Shown one piece after another: positions 30,845-32,000 of a DNA stretch of 32,000 bases. A program made the translations under genes and the position numbers. Positions within the stretch are counted from its first letter, which is position 1; each line of letters starts with the position of its first letter. Source of the DNA: Wigglesworthia glossinidia endosymbiont of Glossina brevipalpis (GTDB lineage: Bacteria > Pseudomonadota > Gammaproteobacteria > Enterobacterales > Enterobacteriaceae); NCBI GenBank assembly GCA_000008885.1, contig BA000021.3, forward strand, positions 210,001 to 242,000, written 5' to 3'. Below the pieces are notes generated by a model, which did no database searches, was not told the origin of the DNA, and saw nothing but the letters and a program-made list of their open reading frames with translations.

Positions 30845-32000
30845 TTATAATAACAATTTACTTGTTAATTTTTTAAAAATGTTTTCTATCGTACCAGCTC
30901 CTTGTAATAATAAAATATCATTATTTTTTAATAACAACTCTAATTTTTTAAATAAAAATTTTTCATTAGGTATAAATATAACGTGAGATCTTTTTAAAGC
31001 CATTATTGATTGACAAAGATTTTTACTATTTATTTTATAAATAGGATTCTCTCCAGCAGAATATATTTCCATAATTAATAAAATATCTACAGTAGATAAT
31101 ACTTTTACGAAATAATTATACAAATATTTAGTTCTAGTATATTTATGAGGTTGAAATATCATAATCAATCTTCTTTTATTCCATATTTTTTTAACAGATT
31201 TAATTGTTAATTTCAACTCGGTTGGATGATGACCATAGTCATCTACTATTGTTATAGTACCTTTTTTATTGTTTAAATTAGACAAATCATATTTATTTAT
31301 GAAATCAAATCTTCTATTTATACCTGGAAATTTTTTTATAGAATTTAAAATTATATTATATTTTATTCCTTCTTTTATTGCAATAGTTATAGCTGCTGTT
31401 ATATTTAATGCGTTATGCTTTCCTAAAAGATTAGATACAAATTTTAAATATCTTTTTTGATGCTTAATATAAACAATAAAAATTATCTTTTTATTTGATT
31501 GAAAAAATTTTGTTATGCAAAAATCAGAATTTCTATTAAATCCATAAGTTACAATTTTTTTATTTATTAATGGAATTATTTTTTTAATTTCTATGTCATC
31601 TAGACATAATACAGAATATCCATAAAATGGTATATTATGCAAAAATTTAATAAAAGATTCTTTTAATTTTTTAAAATTTCCTTGATAAGATTCTAGATGA
31701 TCTTTTTCTATGTTTGTAACCACAGATATAATTGGTCTAAAAAATAAAAATGAATTATCACTTTCGTCTGCTTCAGAAATCCAGTATTTACTGTTTCCTA
31801 AATTTCCATAATCATCAGAATTATTTAATCTGCCTCCGTATAAATAAGTAGGAAATAATTTGGCTTCTTTGTAAATATAAGATATTATTGAAGTTGTAGT
31901 TGTTTTTCCATGTGTGCCAGACACTATAATTCCATATTTAAATCTCATAAGTTCTGAAAGAAATTCAGCTCTTTTTACTACAGGAATATTTAATTTTTTT
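30845..32000 (-). CDS. murC: UDP-N-acetylmuramate--L-alanine ligase, 5' part outside the window
   Basis: MRFKYGIIVSGTHGKTTTTSIISY, ISEADESDNSFL, TNIEKDHLESYQG, VDDYGHHPTE and FQPHKYTRT. The frame stays open upstream of the track's Met (31948) to the window edge as ...KLNIPVVKRAEFLSELMRF, matching internal MurC sequence. The track's Met is therefore not the real start. Confidence 0.96.
   Translation of the reverse strand, partial: KKLNIPVVKRAEFLSELMRFKYGIIVSGTHGKTTTTSIISYIYKEAKLFPTYLYGGRLNNSDDYGNLGNSKYWISEADESDNSFLFFRPIISVVTNIEKDHLESYQGNFKKLKESFIKFLHNIPFYGYSVLCLDDIEIKKIIPLINKKIVTYGFNRNSDFCITKFFQSNKKIIFIVYIKHQKRYLKFVSNLLGKHNALNITAAITIAIKEGIKYNIILNSIKKFPGINRRFDFINKYDLSNLNNKKGTITIVDDYGHHPTELKLTIKSVKKIWNKRRLIMIFQPHKYTRTKYLYNYFVKVLSTVDILLIMEIYSAGENPIYKINSKNLCQSIMALKRSHVIFIPNEKFLFKKLELLLKNNDILLLQGAGTIENIFKKLTSKLLL

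Noticed and set aside
1-32000. Defence system, prophage, toxin-antitoxin, BGC, CRISPR or other new multi-gene system
   Set aside because: Every substantial ORF corresponds to a known housekeeping or transport family in mostly ancestral gene order. No array of direct repeats, transposase, integrase or unknown-gene cluster was seen.

Overview
The window is a compact, very AT-rich segment of gammaproteobacterial chromosome with strongly reduced gene content. It looks like an obligate insect endosymbiont. A Wigglesworthia-like organism is my best guess from the combination of fliA, pdxJ, phr and glt transport genes, but this is inference only. I can support 22 protein-coding genes. On the minus strand are rlmB, purA, pta, ackA, phrB, an MFS transporter, gltK/J/L/I-like genes, yacG, coaE, secA, lpxC, ftsZ, ftsA, ftsQ and murC (partial). 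On the plus strand are miaA, hfq, hflK, hflC, lepA, lepB, rnc, pdxJ, acpS and fliA. The clearest addition to the supplied ORF track is a 48-aa yacG gene at 17140..17286 (-). It has a TTG start, a good Shine-Dalgarno and both Cys pairs. It also shows that the supplied gltI ORF start is over-extended. Other points of interest are an isolated fliA, a SecA without its C-terminal zinc/SecB-binding tail together with absence of secM, loss of ddlB, era, recO, hflX and rnr from otherwise conserved clusters, a non-E. coli order of the amino-acid ABC operon, and an ~800 bp apparently non-coding gap. By eye I found no tRNA, rRNA, CRISPR array, mobile element, defence system or clearly new biological system.
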